64,000 nucleotides of DNA from positions 1-64,000 of the IMG/VR virus record IMGVR_UViG_3300007513_000026; one strand, written 5' to 3'. The notes beneath the pieces were generated by a model. That model was not told where the DNA came from. It made no database searches and saw only the letters and a list, made by a program, of their open reading frames with translations. The DNA comes from a virus. The position numbers were made by a program, and so were the translations under genes. This document shows, piece by piece, positions 18,975 to 28,462 of this stretch (positions within the stretch are counted from its first letter, which is position 1; every line of letters starts with the position of its first letter).

Positions 18975-19456
18975 TTGACGTGAATGATTCCTAGGTTTGG
19001 CATCTCATAAGTCTTAATAGTTTTCTTAAAGACAACCACCGCAGATGGGAAGGGTGCGCTGTTCTCGCCATTTCCAAACTTCAACCTACCTTTTACAAAG
19101 TGAATCGAGTCTGCCTTCATAACATAGTCATGCCAATAGCGGGTGTCAGTACGGGCGGGAATGAGAGCGACGACTGTTGTGTCATCCTTCTGCCCCTCCT
19201 CATACGCTTTCTTAATCCAATGTTTGATTTGTCGGCCATACGGAGGATTCATAAAAACCTTGTGACCTCCCCAATCCTTATCCAAACCATTCTGATCTTC
19301 GGTAAAGTGATTCTTCACCTTGTAGTTAGACGCATTAGAGCATGGGTCAAGCGTAAAGGTTCCAAACTTTTCCTCCAACAGGTCAAAGAAGTGTTGAGGG
19401 GTTGCCCATTCCAACGATTTAGAACTAAACATTGTTTCTTGTGTTGTCTTATTCAT
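18971..19456 (-). CDS. Phage-type N6-adenine DNA methyltransferase
   Basis: WATPQ, TLDPC, FMNPPYGR, LIPARTDT and GRLKF motifs. Confidence 0.92.
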   Translation of the reverse strand: MNKTTQETMFSSKSLEWATPQHFFDLLEEKFGTFTLDPCSNASNYKVKNHFTEDQNGLDKDWGGHKVFMNPPYGRQIKHWIKKAYEEGQKDDTTVVALIPARTDTRYWHDYVMKADSIHFVKGRLKFGNGENSAPFPSAVVVFKKTIKTYEMPNLGIIHVK

Positions 19457-20019
19457 TTATTTTCCTTTAAAAGTTGTTCAAGATGTCTTTTCGGATCCTC
19501 ATTATTTAATTTAATTCCCCAGTCTTTTACATCCGCCACGCTAATGCCGGGATCATTAATTCGAGATCCGAATAAATTTTGTTTGTGGAGTTTCTCTAAT
19601 TCTTTCTTGCCCCACCCTAGTTCTTGAAGTTGTTCTTTGGCGCGGTTCCATAGATCCATGCCGGCGCGACCAGCATGTCCCTCGTTTTGCTTATCTATAA
19701 CTTTTTTATAAAACGGTTCCAAATCTTGATGGAAACACAAGTAATGATCTACAAAATTGTCAGAGTCGTCTACTACGCTAAAAACTGCAAAGTCAAAACC
19801 CTTCTTCCATGCTTCTATCTTCTTCAATCCCATCCTGCTGGATGTGGAAAAATGCCCTCTATTTTCGCTAGTACTTTTAAGTTCGCCCTTATACGTGGTA
19901 TTTCCCACTAATAAAGAACCATCTGGAACATACTTATTGGATCTACCGGGGCCAGGGATCATGCCCAAACATTTAAGTTGCTTATTCTCAATCTTATCGT
20001 CTTGTCGAGTTCTACTCAC
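19453..20019 (-). CDS. Putative PD-(D/E)XK endonuclease
   Basis: YVPDG...KGELKS. It is translationally coupled to the MTase by an ATGA overlap. Confidence 0.55.
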   Translation of the reverse strand: MSRTRQDDKIENKQLKCLGMIPGPGRSNKYVPDGSLLVGNTTYKGELKSTSENRGHFSTSSRMGLKKIEAWKKGFDFAVFSVVDDSDNFVDHYLCFHQDLEPFYKKVIDKQNEGHAGRAGMDLWNRAKEQLQELGWGKKELEKLHKQNLFGSRINDPGISVADVKDWGIKLNNEDPKRHLEQLLKENK

Positions 20020-20482
20020 CGGTACTCCCCAGCGCTCCAGCGCCTCTTCCGCTCATGGTGATAGGGTACTTATAAAGCTCCCCATCGCCCCGTTCAACGG
20101 CTCGAAAATGTACCACAGGGATAAGAACCACCTGTGCAATTTTAGTACCAGCCTCGATGGTCTGAGGGATATTACCTACATTGTGGAGGTTGATAAACAC
20201 CTCTCCGTCATAGCCGGAATCAATCACGCACGCTCCCACAACTAGGCTGCGCTTGGCGGCCACACTGGAGCGATTCTTTACCTCCAGCATGTACCCGTGA
20301 GGTACCCCGAACTTCAATCCGGTTGGTAGTACCTTGCTTTCTCCAGGGGAGAGCGAGACTGCTTTGTGAAGGTCGCTAGGGGGTGGCGAATAATATACGT
20401 CCAAACCTGCATCCGATGGGTTGGCCCGTGTTGGCGGGCTCGCGATGGGGTGGACTAAAGAATATTCAAGTATCACTTCCAC
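20012..20482 (-). CDS. dut: Trimeric dUTPase
   Basis: DAGLD, NRSS, VIDSGYDGE, KIAQ and RGAGALGSTG motifs. Confidence 0.95.
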   Translation of the reverse strand: MEVILEYSLVHPIASPPTRANPSDAGLDVYYSPPPSDLHKAVSLSPGESKVLPTGLKFGVPHGYMLEVKNRSSVAAKRSLVVGACVIDSGYDGEVFINLHNVGNIPQTIEAGTKIAQVVLIPVVHFRAVERGDGELYKYPITMSGRGAGALGSTGE

Positions 20483-20729
20483 CCTCCTCTTCGCCTGTCA
20501 ACAGCCGAAAGTTCTCAGTAATCTCGTCGATGTTATACTTGCCCTTGTACAGGCGATATGCTTTAACGGCTGCTCGAATCTCGTCCGTGTTCAGCCATCC
20601 GTTCTCTCGAAACTCCTTGCGCAAGTCTCGCTTTTGTTCCTTGTATGGTTCCATTGCTTCTTCAATGGCGTTTAGTGAACGAACATATTCTTTCACATAA
20701 CGTTTCTTCTCTTCGTATGTATTGGCCAT
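20466..20729 (-). CDS. Small coiled-coil dsDNA-binding protein (T4 DsbA/GapR-like)
   Basis: 87 aa. The helical pattern IEEAMEPYKEQKRDLRKEFRENG...IRAAVK resembles DsbA/DUF2312. Confidence 0.5.
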   Translation of the reverse strand: MANTYEEKKRYVKEYVRSLNAIEEAMEPYKEQKRDLRKEFRENGWLNTDEIRAAVKAYRLYKGKYNIDEITENFRLLTGEEEGGSDT

Positions 20730-20748
20730 TAGCCCTCCTTACATTATT

Positions 20749-20777
20749 AATATAACAAATTCTGTGCAGGGTGTCAA
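20749..20777 (-). promoter_or_regulatory. Sigma70-type promoter
   Basis: TTGACA (20777-20772), 17 nt, TATATT (20754-20749). Confidence 0.75.
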
Positions 20778-20783
20778 CCCTTT

Positions 20784-21485
20784 TTATTCATAACCTGGAA
20801 ATACTTGTTGCATAAACCTATGGATGAGGCTGTCGCGTGCTTCATCAGTTTCGCACTCGGCAAACAAATAGTTATAGGAATTGGTCTTTCCATCAATCGA
20901 ATGATTAACCATGTCTATTTCCTTGCGCATCCATCGTGTTTGTTGCTTGTAGTTTTTAGGTAGTGGGATCTTATATTTGTCCGCACAATCTAACAACACA
21001 AAGTATCTCTTTTCTTCTAAAGCTTCTTTAACTTTAGTAAACATATTTAGCATCTCTTTTTTCTCGTCATCGCTCAAGTCCCTGCTGTTAACTTTGTCGG
21101 GATGCAAGAGAAATGCAATCTTCCTAAAAAGCTTTGAAAAAATTTCATGCATTTCTCTTTCGTCCTGTGTGAGTTCGAGCGCTTCTCCACCTGTCGCAGC
21201 GGGAGGCGTCTCTTCATCGAAGGGTACCATGGCGGCCGAACCACTGTAAGGCATTGGAGTTTCATCTGATTCGCCTTCGGGTTTGTATAAACTGTCCAGG
21301 CGTTGGCAGTGCTTTCGGTTAAGTTCATCAACGTCGATGTTGTTCTTTCTACAATATTCATCATAGTATTCTTGAAATTCTTTGGCTGCAGAATTGGATG
21401 TGTCCTCTACAAGGTCGAGTTCTTCATACAAATATCTTAATTGATTAACTAATTTTCTCCATTTAAGTTTTTGCGAGACTGACAC
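20784..21485 (-). CDS. J-domain (DnaJ-like) protein
   Basis: FRKIAFLLHPDK followed by FTKVKEA. Confidence 0.8.
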   Translation of the reverse strand: MSVSQKLKWRKLVNQLRYLYEELDLVEDTSNSAAKEFQEYYDEYCRKNNIDVDELNRKHCQRLDSLYKPEGESDETPMPYSGSAAMVPFDEETPPAATGGEALELTQDEREMHEIFSKLFRKIAFLLHPDKVNSRDLSDDEKKEMLNMFTKVKEALEEKRYFVLLDCADKYKIPLPKNYKQQTRWMRKEIDMVNHSIDGKTNSYNYLFAECETDEARDSLIHRFMQQVFPGYE

Positions 21486-21510
21486 ATGAGAACCCTCTGG
21501 TCATAATTAT

Positions 21511-22116
21511 CTATTCAAACTTAAATTCTATCTTTGCGCGGATTGATAATGTGGGAATGTGTGCATGGTTTACCAGATTATGCTTGCGTGCTTCATCTAC
21601 TTCTAAAAACCAATCGGCGTGGCCTTTCTGGTGAATGATGTCTAAGAAATAGTCTTTGTGGTGGCCACAGTTTTCTGCCATCATTGTGTACAGCTTTTGA
21701 TTTAAACGTTCCGTCTCTGCTGCATCAGCTTTGATCTCTTCCACCTTGCCAAACCCCATCGAACTTACATCGTGTATCATAAAAGTAGCGTCGGGATCCA
21801 TATAGCGGTGACCCTCAGTTCCAAAGCTAGCCAGGACAGCACCACAGGACATGGCTTTACCTTGTATAATCGTGGCCACAGGAAGATTGGAATGTTTAAT
21901 GTCTGAAATCATAGACATCAAACTATACACTTGTCCGCCATAACTGTCTATAATGACTGGGACTATTGGCTGACCAGTGTTTTGTGCCTTGTTCATCTTA
22001 GTACAAAATTCATTAGCAGCACTCTCGTCAAATTTCTTGACTCTAATGATGACCGGCAGGTCATCAACTAGCTCTTTCTCTTTAAAGAGAGGGCTAAAGT
22101 ATTTCATAACTTTCAT
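21511..22116 (-). CDS. clpP: ClpP-family protease, copy B
   Basis: IDSYGG, AMSCG (Ser), FMIHD (His) and HADWFL (Asp). Confidence 0.88.
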   Translation of the reverse strand: MKVMKYFSPLFKEKELVDDLPVIIRVKKFDESAANEFCTKMNKAQNTGQPIVPVIIDSYGGQVYSLMSMISDIKHSNLPVATIIQGKAMSCGAVLASFGTEGHRYMDPDATFMIHDVSSMGFGKVEEIKADAAETERLNQKLYTMMAENCGHHKDYFLDIIHQKGHADWFLEVDEARKHNLVNHAHIPTLSIRAKIEFKFE

Positions 22117-22120
22117 ATCT

Positions 22121-25100
22121 TTATCCTAGTAATCTAAACGTTTTACCTACCGCATATGTGGAGAATCCCCACTGCTCGTCATACTTTAATCGAGCCATAT
22201 AAGGTCGGTTTAAGTAAATACGATCCTTCTCGGGTTTAATGCCCCAACACCTAATCTTTGTTAGCTGATTGTTGCTGTCAATCGTTTCTACAATCCAATA
22301 CAATTTGCCGTTCTTCGTCTTCTTTTCCACGATCTTGCGCGGGATAAACCAGCACAAAAAAAGATCGGGATCGAATTCTGAGATTGGAGGCACACCCTTT
22401 TCGAGTAGCTCCTCAATGGTGTCGGGAGTGATGACCAAGTTGATGGGAAAGACTCCCGTAAGGTCAGTTTTAAACTGGATAACTTCTTCTTCTGAGAAGT
22501 CTCCTTCTGGTCTGAACGTTTCGATGTTCTCTGTCAATCTCTTAAGAGACTTCGGTCGATCAACAATGCATGCTGACCAGAAGTGTTTACGTCCAGAGAA
22601 TCTATCATCCACTATATTATCCAGGGCGCCTCCGCGACACAATGCATCCAGCGACTTCTTGTTAAGTTTGCTGTAGACAATGTCTTCTCGGAAGAGGAGA
22701 TCTTCTGCGTTGGTGAACGGTCGGTTGCCTAAGATTTGTTCAATGGCTGACATTCCCAAACCTTTGATAGATGTGAGCGGTTGCACCATCGTCTTGGCAT
22801 CTTCGCTAATCTCCCACACTACTCCTGACTTATTGATGTCCAGTGGTGCGATGTTGAATCCGTACCGCTTTGCGATGTTAATAGCCTTCTCCTTTCGAGT
22901 CTCTGGCTCCTTGTCCAAGAACGCTGCCATCCACTCGGCCGGATAGTAAGTCCACAGCCATGCGCACTGATAAGAAATCGTGCTGTATGAAACTGCATGC
23001 GACTTGTTAAAACCATAGCCTGAGAAGTATTCGAACTTATCCCACAAAGCTGCTGCTTCATCTTTGCCGATGCCATTCTCAGCACAACCATCGATGAACT
23101 TAACGCGAAGCTTTGTTTTGATGCCGCCCTTTCCGGTACCCTTCTTAGTGAGAACCTTGCGCAGCATGTTACCCTCATCGAGCGTCAGCCCTCCCAGCTT
23201 ATGCGCCAGTAGTGCAATTTGCTCCTGGAAGATTAGAAAGCCAAAGGTTTCCTCGGTGATCTCTCGTGCCTCCTCCGACAAATACTTGACGTATTGCGGG
23301 TGTTCCTTGGCCTCCATATACTCATCGTGTACCCCAGCCGACAAAGGACCAGGACGATAGATGGAAGCAATGATTGAAATGTCGAGAATACTTCTTGGCT
23401 TGACTCTCGCACAAAAGTTCTGCGCTCCAGTCTCGGTGAACTGAAAGATGCCAGCCCACTTCGCTGAGTGGAACACATTCTCGTATACCTTTTGATCCTG
23501 GGTGTCTACCACATCCGGGTGGAGGTTCTCATCGTAATACTTCTTCACGTCATCAAACGTAGGATTCTCCATGCCATGATGACGGCGCAGGATGTGTTCG
23601 ATACAACCCTCCATCATCTTCAGGGTCGAGAGCCCCAACAGATCGAACTTAATGAAACCCATGGGCTCCAGGTGTCGAACGTTCTGACCCTCGGACCATG
23701 GCGTCTGTCGCACACCTCCTGAGTTAATCAAAGGCATGCTTCTATCTAAGTTCTCGGCAATCACTACACCGCCAGCATGGCGAGAGCATGAACGTACCTG
23801 TCCAACGAGCCCCTCAACGTGAGCCTTGACGGCTGGATGCTTGGCAAGATATACCTGGAGGGAAGGTGAGAATTCCATCACCTCTTCCCACGTCGGTGCG
23901 TAGACGCCAGCCTTGATGCCGTGCTTCTTCTTGGCCGCTGGTGTTGCCTCGCGCATCATGACACTCGTGACAGTGTTCGCTTCGGTGAAGGGAATACCAT
24001 ACAGTTTTGAAATGTCTTTGATGAGCGAGCGAAGCTGGAGTGTATTCCAGTTTGAGATTGGTGCGACAGTGTCTTCACCCCACATCTCCACCAGCTTCTC
24101 CTTCAGAAGCATGCTATCGGACACATCGTAATCGATATCGGGATAGTCTGTTGCGTCTGACCGCAAGAAGCGAGAGAACAGCAGTCCGTTTTTGATAGGA
24201 TCAATCTGGGTAATTCCCAGAGCGTAGGCTACGAGTGAGCCTGCAGCAGAACCACGTCCAGGTCCAGCCAGCATCATACTGTTGGCCACATCCGCGATTG
24301 CCTTCATCGTCAGGAAGTACTTGGAGAATCCTCGATCATCAATAATGTCTAGCTCGTGCTCAAGACGCGAATGATACTCGGTATCCTCGTGCAAGCCCTT
24401 CTCTCGCAAGCCTTCGAGACACATGTTAATCAGAGCTTCAGTATCCGTGAACCCGGCAGGTACAACGAACGACGGGAGTCGAACCGTGTTGTCGGGAAAG
24501 AATGACTCAATCCTTTCGTGCGCAATCGTGTAGGTTTCTTCGATAGAACCCAACACAAGATCATCATCGTAATCATAGTCTTTTGAATACTCCTTGTAAG
24601 ACTCCCACATCTGGTTACCATTCTTGGGATACAGTTCGTACCCAATCTCGTCTACACCATCGGGAAGTTCGTTTCCGTCTGCCCAATCTGGTGTGCCTTT
24701 GCCAAGCCAACCCAAACGCTTGTAAAGCTCTCTGTCCTTCCAAGCGTCTGGGCTGGGGTAATGGCTGTCGGCTGTAGAAATCAGTCCAACGCCAAACTCT
24801 TTGGCCACTGTAATGATGTGTTGGTTCAGGGCATGTTGCTCTGGAATGTTATTCCATTGAAGCTCTGCGTACCAACGGTCACCGAAGATGTCTACCATTC
24901 GGCGTGTGGTCTCGCGCATTGCCTCAAGCACAGCTTCGTCACCCTCCTCTCGATTCTCCCAATAATTTCCAGCATATACGCCACCCAAGCATGCGGAGGT
25001 AGCAATGATACCTTCGCCATACTTCTCAAGCAGAGCGTAATCTACTCGCGGATATCGGTAATAATTCTCTGGCTGGTAAGACTCAGAGATCAACTTGAAT

Positions 25101-25540
25101 AAGTTTCTCAGACCTTCTTGGCTTTGCGCAAGCAGCACGAGATGACGACGGCGCCGAAGGAGCCCTTGCACCTTCTTGCTGTCGTTCTCATCCTCAACGG
25201 TTGCGCCTGACTGTCCCTCCTTCTTAATAGAGCGCGCCTTCTTCTTGTCTTCCATCGCCTTCGTATACTCTTCGCGCCAGTCTGACAGGGATGGCAGAAA
25301 ATAAGCTTCGCATCCAAAGATGGGCTTAAAGCTCTTGCCTTGCGATTGCATCTTTCTGGCATGTAGCACTTGGTATGCCAACCCGTTCATGTTTCCGTGG
25401 TCGGTTAATGCTAGCGCATCGCTGCCGTTTTCATACGCAAAATCCATATGCGCTTGTGGATACCCAATGGCATCAAAGATAGAGCCTGCTACGCTATGCG
25501 CATGCAGGCCCACGAATTTAATATTAGACATGTCTTTCAA
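22121..25540 (-). CDS. dnaE: DNA polymerase III alpha subunit (family C)
   Basis: PHP domain (LHAHS, TDHG, TADSHY), GPGRGSAAGS, PDIDYD, HAGG, KFDLLGL and FNKSH. No intein was seen. Confidence 0.96.
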   Translation of the reverse strand: MKDMSNIKFVGLHAHSVAGSIFDAIGYPQAHMDFAYENGSDALALTDHGNMNGLAYQVLHARKMQSQGKSFKPIFGCEAYFLPSLSDWREEYTKAMEDKKKARSIKKEGQSGATVEDENDSKKVQGLLRRRRHLVLLAQSQEGLRNLFKLISESYQPENYYRYPRVDYALLEKYGEGIIATSACLGGVYAGNYWENREEGDEAVLEAMRETTRRMVDIFGDRWYAELQWNNIPEQHALNQHIITVAKEFGVGLISTADSHYPSPDAWKDRELYKRLGWLGKGTPDWADGNELPDGVDEIGYELYPKNGNQMWESYKEYSKDYDYDDDLVLGSIEETYTIAHERIESFFPDNTVRLPSFVVPAGFTDTEALINMCLEGLREKGLHEDTEYHSRLEHELDIIDDRGFSKYFLTMKAIADVANSMMLAGPGRGSAAGSLVAYALGITQIDPIKNGLLFSRFLRSDATDYPDIDYDVSDSMLLKEKLVEMWGEDTVAPISNWNTLQLRSLIKDISKLYGIPFTEANTVTSVMMREATPAAKKKHGIKAGVYAPTWEEVMEFSPSLQVYLAKHPAVKAHVEGLVGQVRSCSRHAGGVVIAENLDRSMPLINSGGVRQTPWSEGQNVRHLEPMGFIKFDLLGLSTLKMMEGCIEHILRRHHGMENPTFDDVKKYYDENLHPDVVDTQDQKVYENVFHSAKWAGIFQFTETGAQNFCARVKPRSILDISIIASIYRPGPLSAGVHDEYMEAKEHPQYVKYLSEEAREITEETFGFLIFQEQIALLAHKLGGLTLDEGNMLRKVLTKKGTGKGGIKTKLRVKFIDGCAENGIGKDEAAALWDKFEYFSGYGFNKSHAVSYSTISYQCAWLWTYYPAEWMAAFLDKEPETRKEKAINIAKRYGFNIAPLDINKSGVVWEISEDAKTMVQPLTSIKGLGMSAIEQILGNRPFTNAEDLLFREDIVYSKLNKKSLDALCRGGALDNIVDDRFSGRKHFWSACIVDRPKSLKRLTENIETFRPEGDFSEEEVIQFKTDLTGVFPINLVITPDTIEELLEKGVPPISEFDPDLFLCWFIPRKIVEKKTKNGKLYWIVETIDSNNQLTKIRCWGIKPEKDRIYLNRPYMARLKYDEQWGFSTYAVGKTFRLLG

Positions 25541-25560
25541 AGCTCACTCCCTTTTTTAGT

Positions 25561-26433
25561 CTATAGTAATAATTTAGCATGAATATGGGGCTGTGTCAAG
25601 CCCTCATATGGTTTTTCGATAATGTTTTGGGATCCCAAAAAAGCTTTGTATTCTTCCCAGCTTGAAAGATCGTAGAACCAATCCACTTCTTTCTGTGCTG
25701 CGTCAGCCTCCTCTACTTCTTCAAGAATCGTTTGGAACTCGAACGTCCGCGCTGACCACCTTTCTTCCAGTGGTAATTTTTGGGACGGGTATTTGCTTCC
25801 CTCTAATGGTGGTAAAAATTCCCGCGTTGTTAGTTTGTTTACCTTTCTTCTGCATTTTATAAAGTCATCTCCTTTCATAGTAAAAGACAACGGCAAGTTA
25901 TCTTTCACGGTTTGCCCCTTGTGTGTCAGGAAGAAGTTATGTTTCCTGTGTGAAATCTGCCGCCTGTGTTCTCGGATGGAATAAATGTCATATGCACTCA
26001 TAGGAAAAGAAACAAAGTACTTTTCGGGCGTAAGCCATTTTGAAATCCTAGTGGCCACCCACCAAGCAGAATTTACTCCATGCAAAATCGACCAGCCATA
26101 CGAATCGCGACGATCACGATCCTGTTCACTAATGGGAACGTAATAAATAGGTATCTCTTTCCGTACATTCTTATAAAATTTAGTCATTGTGCGTTTATAA
26201 TAGACGGGGTCATAAGTCCACTCTCCCACAGTCTTACGCACTATGGGTGCAAGATCTGGATTGGCTACAATCCAAATGGTTTGACAGCCCGCCATCGCAC
26301 ACTCAAACACAGACTTTTGAATAGCTGTAAAGCCTGCGTTCACCGGGAGCATACACGAGGGCATATCCAAAGCATGATCTGTTTCCAGATTAGCTAAGGG
26401 GATGATGCCGGCAACGTGTACATTCGCGCTCAC
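25561..26433 (-). CDS. Divergent sugar-phosphate nucleotidyltransferase-fold protein
   Basis: AGIIPLA...PSCMLPV...AIQKSVFECAMAGCQTIWIV and a late YDLSS follow the NTP_transferase layout, but GxGTR and PK are lost. The start is re-called at GTG 26433, overlapping the upstream stop. Confidence 0.6.
   Translation of the reverse strand: MSANVHVAGIIPLANLETDHALDMPSCMLPVNAGFTAIQKSVFECAMAGCQTIWIVANPDLAPIVRKTVGEWTYDPVYYKRTMTKFYKNVRKEIPIYYVPISEQDRDRRDSYGWSILHGVNSAWWVATRISKWLTPEKYFVSFPMSAYDIYSIREHRRQISHRKHNFFLTHKGQTVKDNLPLSFTMKGDDFIKCRRKVNKLTTREFLPPLEGSKYPSQKLPLEERWSARTFEFQTILEEVEEADAAQKEVDWFYDLSSWEEYKAFLGSQNIIEKPYEGLTQPHIHAKLLL
25571..25599 (-). promoter_or_regulatory. Sigma70-type promoter for dnaE, inside the upstream gene's 3' end
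   Basis: TTGACA (25599-25594), 17 nt, TAAATT, preceded by an extended TG. Confidence 0.6.
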
Positions 26434-27311
26434 AGTTCTCTTAGAAATCCATTGGCGTCCATACAAGCCGATGATAAATCTTTGAATAGATCTTGTTCTT
26501 TAAGTTGCGGTATTTTGACATTGTTTTGCTCTCCTTTAAGCGGCGTTGTCTTTCTTTCACTTCTTCTTCTGAAATGTGTTGTTCTAAATCGATAATGTTT
26601 TGGGTTTCCATTGGGTCCGTAGCCATTAAATACTCCTTTCATCCCTCGTTTTTCCATTTCGTGGATCATTTTGAATCGAGCCATTGTCTCTGAAAAATCA
26701 AAGTCGAATAGCTCTTCTTCTGTTAAGTATGATACCACACAAGCGTCCTTAACAGGACTATTCCCATCAATTCTGTCAGAAGGATAGAACCATATGTGTT
26801 TGACGAAAGTATCATCAGTTTCAATGAAGTCAATTTCATGTTTACCTCCTCGATTGAATGATATCCAATCATAACATATATACTTGCCATTGTCAACTCT
26901 TGATTGATCTAAAAGTTTATAACAATTTCGATCACCAAAGTAATAAGCTTGTTGAAACTTTATTTCTGCTATCTTTGCGTATTCATCTGAACAAACTAAA
27001 GCTTCGCCGTTGTATCTCATCGACTCGCACAGATTAGCTAATGGCGCATTCCCTCGAATGGCCAACATAAACATTAGTCTCTCCCACAAGACCTCCTTGG
27101 GGAGTCCGACGACTCTATCCTCTCCAAATGTTTTGAGTGAACGAGATTCATTTTCTAAGCACAGAGAGCTTAAGTCCACCTCGGGATCCAAATAATCAAA
27201 CCGAAACGGACGCTCGGCCGCAGAGAAGAACACAGGAAAATCGTTTATCACTGCGTACATCAACGCCGACAGCGAACTACCGATCACTATCTTATCGTAT
27301 TTAAGTGTGAC
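26430..27311 (-). CDS. Divergent FAD/NAD Rossmann-like protein
   Basis: YDKIVIGSSLSALMYA resembles YDxIVIGxGxxG with the glycines lost. The frame is open to a GTC at 27311. The ORF-track start at 27287 cuts the motif. Confidence 0.5.
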   Translation of the reverse strand, partial: VTLKYDKIVIGSSLSALMYAVINDFPVFFSAAERPFRFDYLDPEVDLSSLCLENESRSLKTFGEDRVVGLPKEVLWERLMFMLAIRGNAPLANLCESMRYNGEALVCSDEYAKIAEIKFQQAYYFGDRNCYKLLDQSRVDNGKYICYDWISFNRGGKHEIDFIETDDTFVKHIWFYPSDRIDGNSPVKDACVVSYLTEEELFDFDFSETMARFKMIHEMEKRGMKGVFNGYGPNGNPKHYRFRTTHFRRRSERKTTPLKGEQNNVKIPQLKEQDLFKDLSSACMDANGFLREL

Positions 27312-27546
27312 TTATCACCTCTACCGCTGTTGTTCCTGGGCTCGGGTTAACAACGATTTTCTCGCCGTGTCGCAAACATATCCACATGCCCTCCCAACGC
27401 TCAATGACCAAGACAGGATTAGACCAACCCTCATCATCGAGCCTCGGGGACTCAATGTCCCAATTAATTGCTACACCGGAATCGTCATATTTGTGATTAG
27501 TGTGAACCCAATCATCTCGGTATCTTATTAAATCGCCAACTTTCAT
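27301..27546 (-). CDS. Small hypothetical protein (MKVGDLI type)
   Basis: 81 aa with an ATGA overlap with the endolysin stop. Confidence 0.6.
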   Translation of the reverse strand: MKVGDLIRYRDDWVHTNHKYDDSGVAINWDIESPRLDDEGWSNPVLVIERWEGMWICLRHGEKIVVNPSPGTTAVEVISHT

Positions 27547-28448
27547 TCTTCGTCGCTTATCTCATCAATCAAAGTTTTAATATCCAGTCCCGCGCAATCA
27601 ATCTTGCGCTTGCTGCAATGATAATGACTCACGATACCAGCGTACTTGCCATACACCACATCTTGGATGTACTTTGTTTCTGTCTTGCCGAATTGACTAA
27701 GTGGTGTTTGAAACTCCACATTGGTGACGGCTTCAATAGCTTTCCATAAAGCTTTAGCTGCTTCTATCTGGATGGGATAGAACCCCAGGAAAGGATCCAG
27801 TTGGTTGCCGTGGACCCATGCACCTTCTACCATCGGGCGCTTACCATGGCCGTTTCTCTCATACCAGTCCTGGTACTTGGGGTAGTATGCGTTTGTCATC
27901 TCGACCCCCACCGACGCACGATTGACGCGGCTTGTTCCTGCATGCCAGGCGCCATGTTGCATGTCCATCGTCTGATAGATGGTACCATCGTTGTCAATCA
28001 TAAAGTGTACAGAGATACCGCGCTTGTTCAAAACGTCGTTGCAACGCCGAGAACTCAAGCACACGTCCCAGTGGTTTACGAAGAGGCGAATGTTGCGTTG
28101 GGGGCGGCCGCTGTAATCGTAGTAGTTACCTGCCTTTGCGGCTAGTCCGTTCTGTTCTGACCAGAGAACCACCTTGTCCCATTTAATAGGAATGAACGAG
28201 CTATTGTATACGAGGTAACTGGAGTATTGGATAGGGTAAGGTTTATGTTCATCGATGCTTTCTTGTCTCGATGTCCAAATGCGCCGGTATGTGGCTGGAC
28301 CGCAGAGACCATCGGCGGTTAGACCGTGCGCCTTCTGCCACTTCTTGATAGCCCTCACTAGCTTCTCATCAAAGTACCTTTCGCCAAACCAAGACGGCTC
28401 CCAGCCCAATTGCGTAGCCGACGCCTGGTTGTAAAAATCCTTATCCAT
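27543..28448 (-). CDS. Endolysin: peptidoglycan-binding domain plus Amidase_2
   Basis: AIKKWQKAHGLTADGLCGPAT (PG-binding). Zn-amidase motifs NHWD, SVHF, AWHAG, SVGVE, SHYH and KIDC. Confidence 0.88.
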   Translation of the reverse strand: MDKDFYNQASATQLGWEPSWFGERYFDEKLVRAIKKWQKAHGLTADGLCGPATYRRIWTSRQESIDEHKPYPIQYSSYLVYNSSFIPIKWDKVVLWSEQNGLAAKAGNYYDYSGRPQRNIRLFVNHWDVCLSSRRCNDVLNKRGISVHFMIDNDGTIYQTMDMQHGAWHAGTSRVNRASVGVEMTNAYYPKYQDWYERNGHGKRPMVEGAWVHGNQLDPFLGFYPIQIEAAKALWKAIEAVTNVEFQTPLSQFGKTETKYIQDVVYGKYAGIVSHYHCSKRKIDCAGLDIKTLIDEISDEE

Positions 28449-28462
28449 TCTGTATGTTTCCT

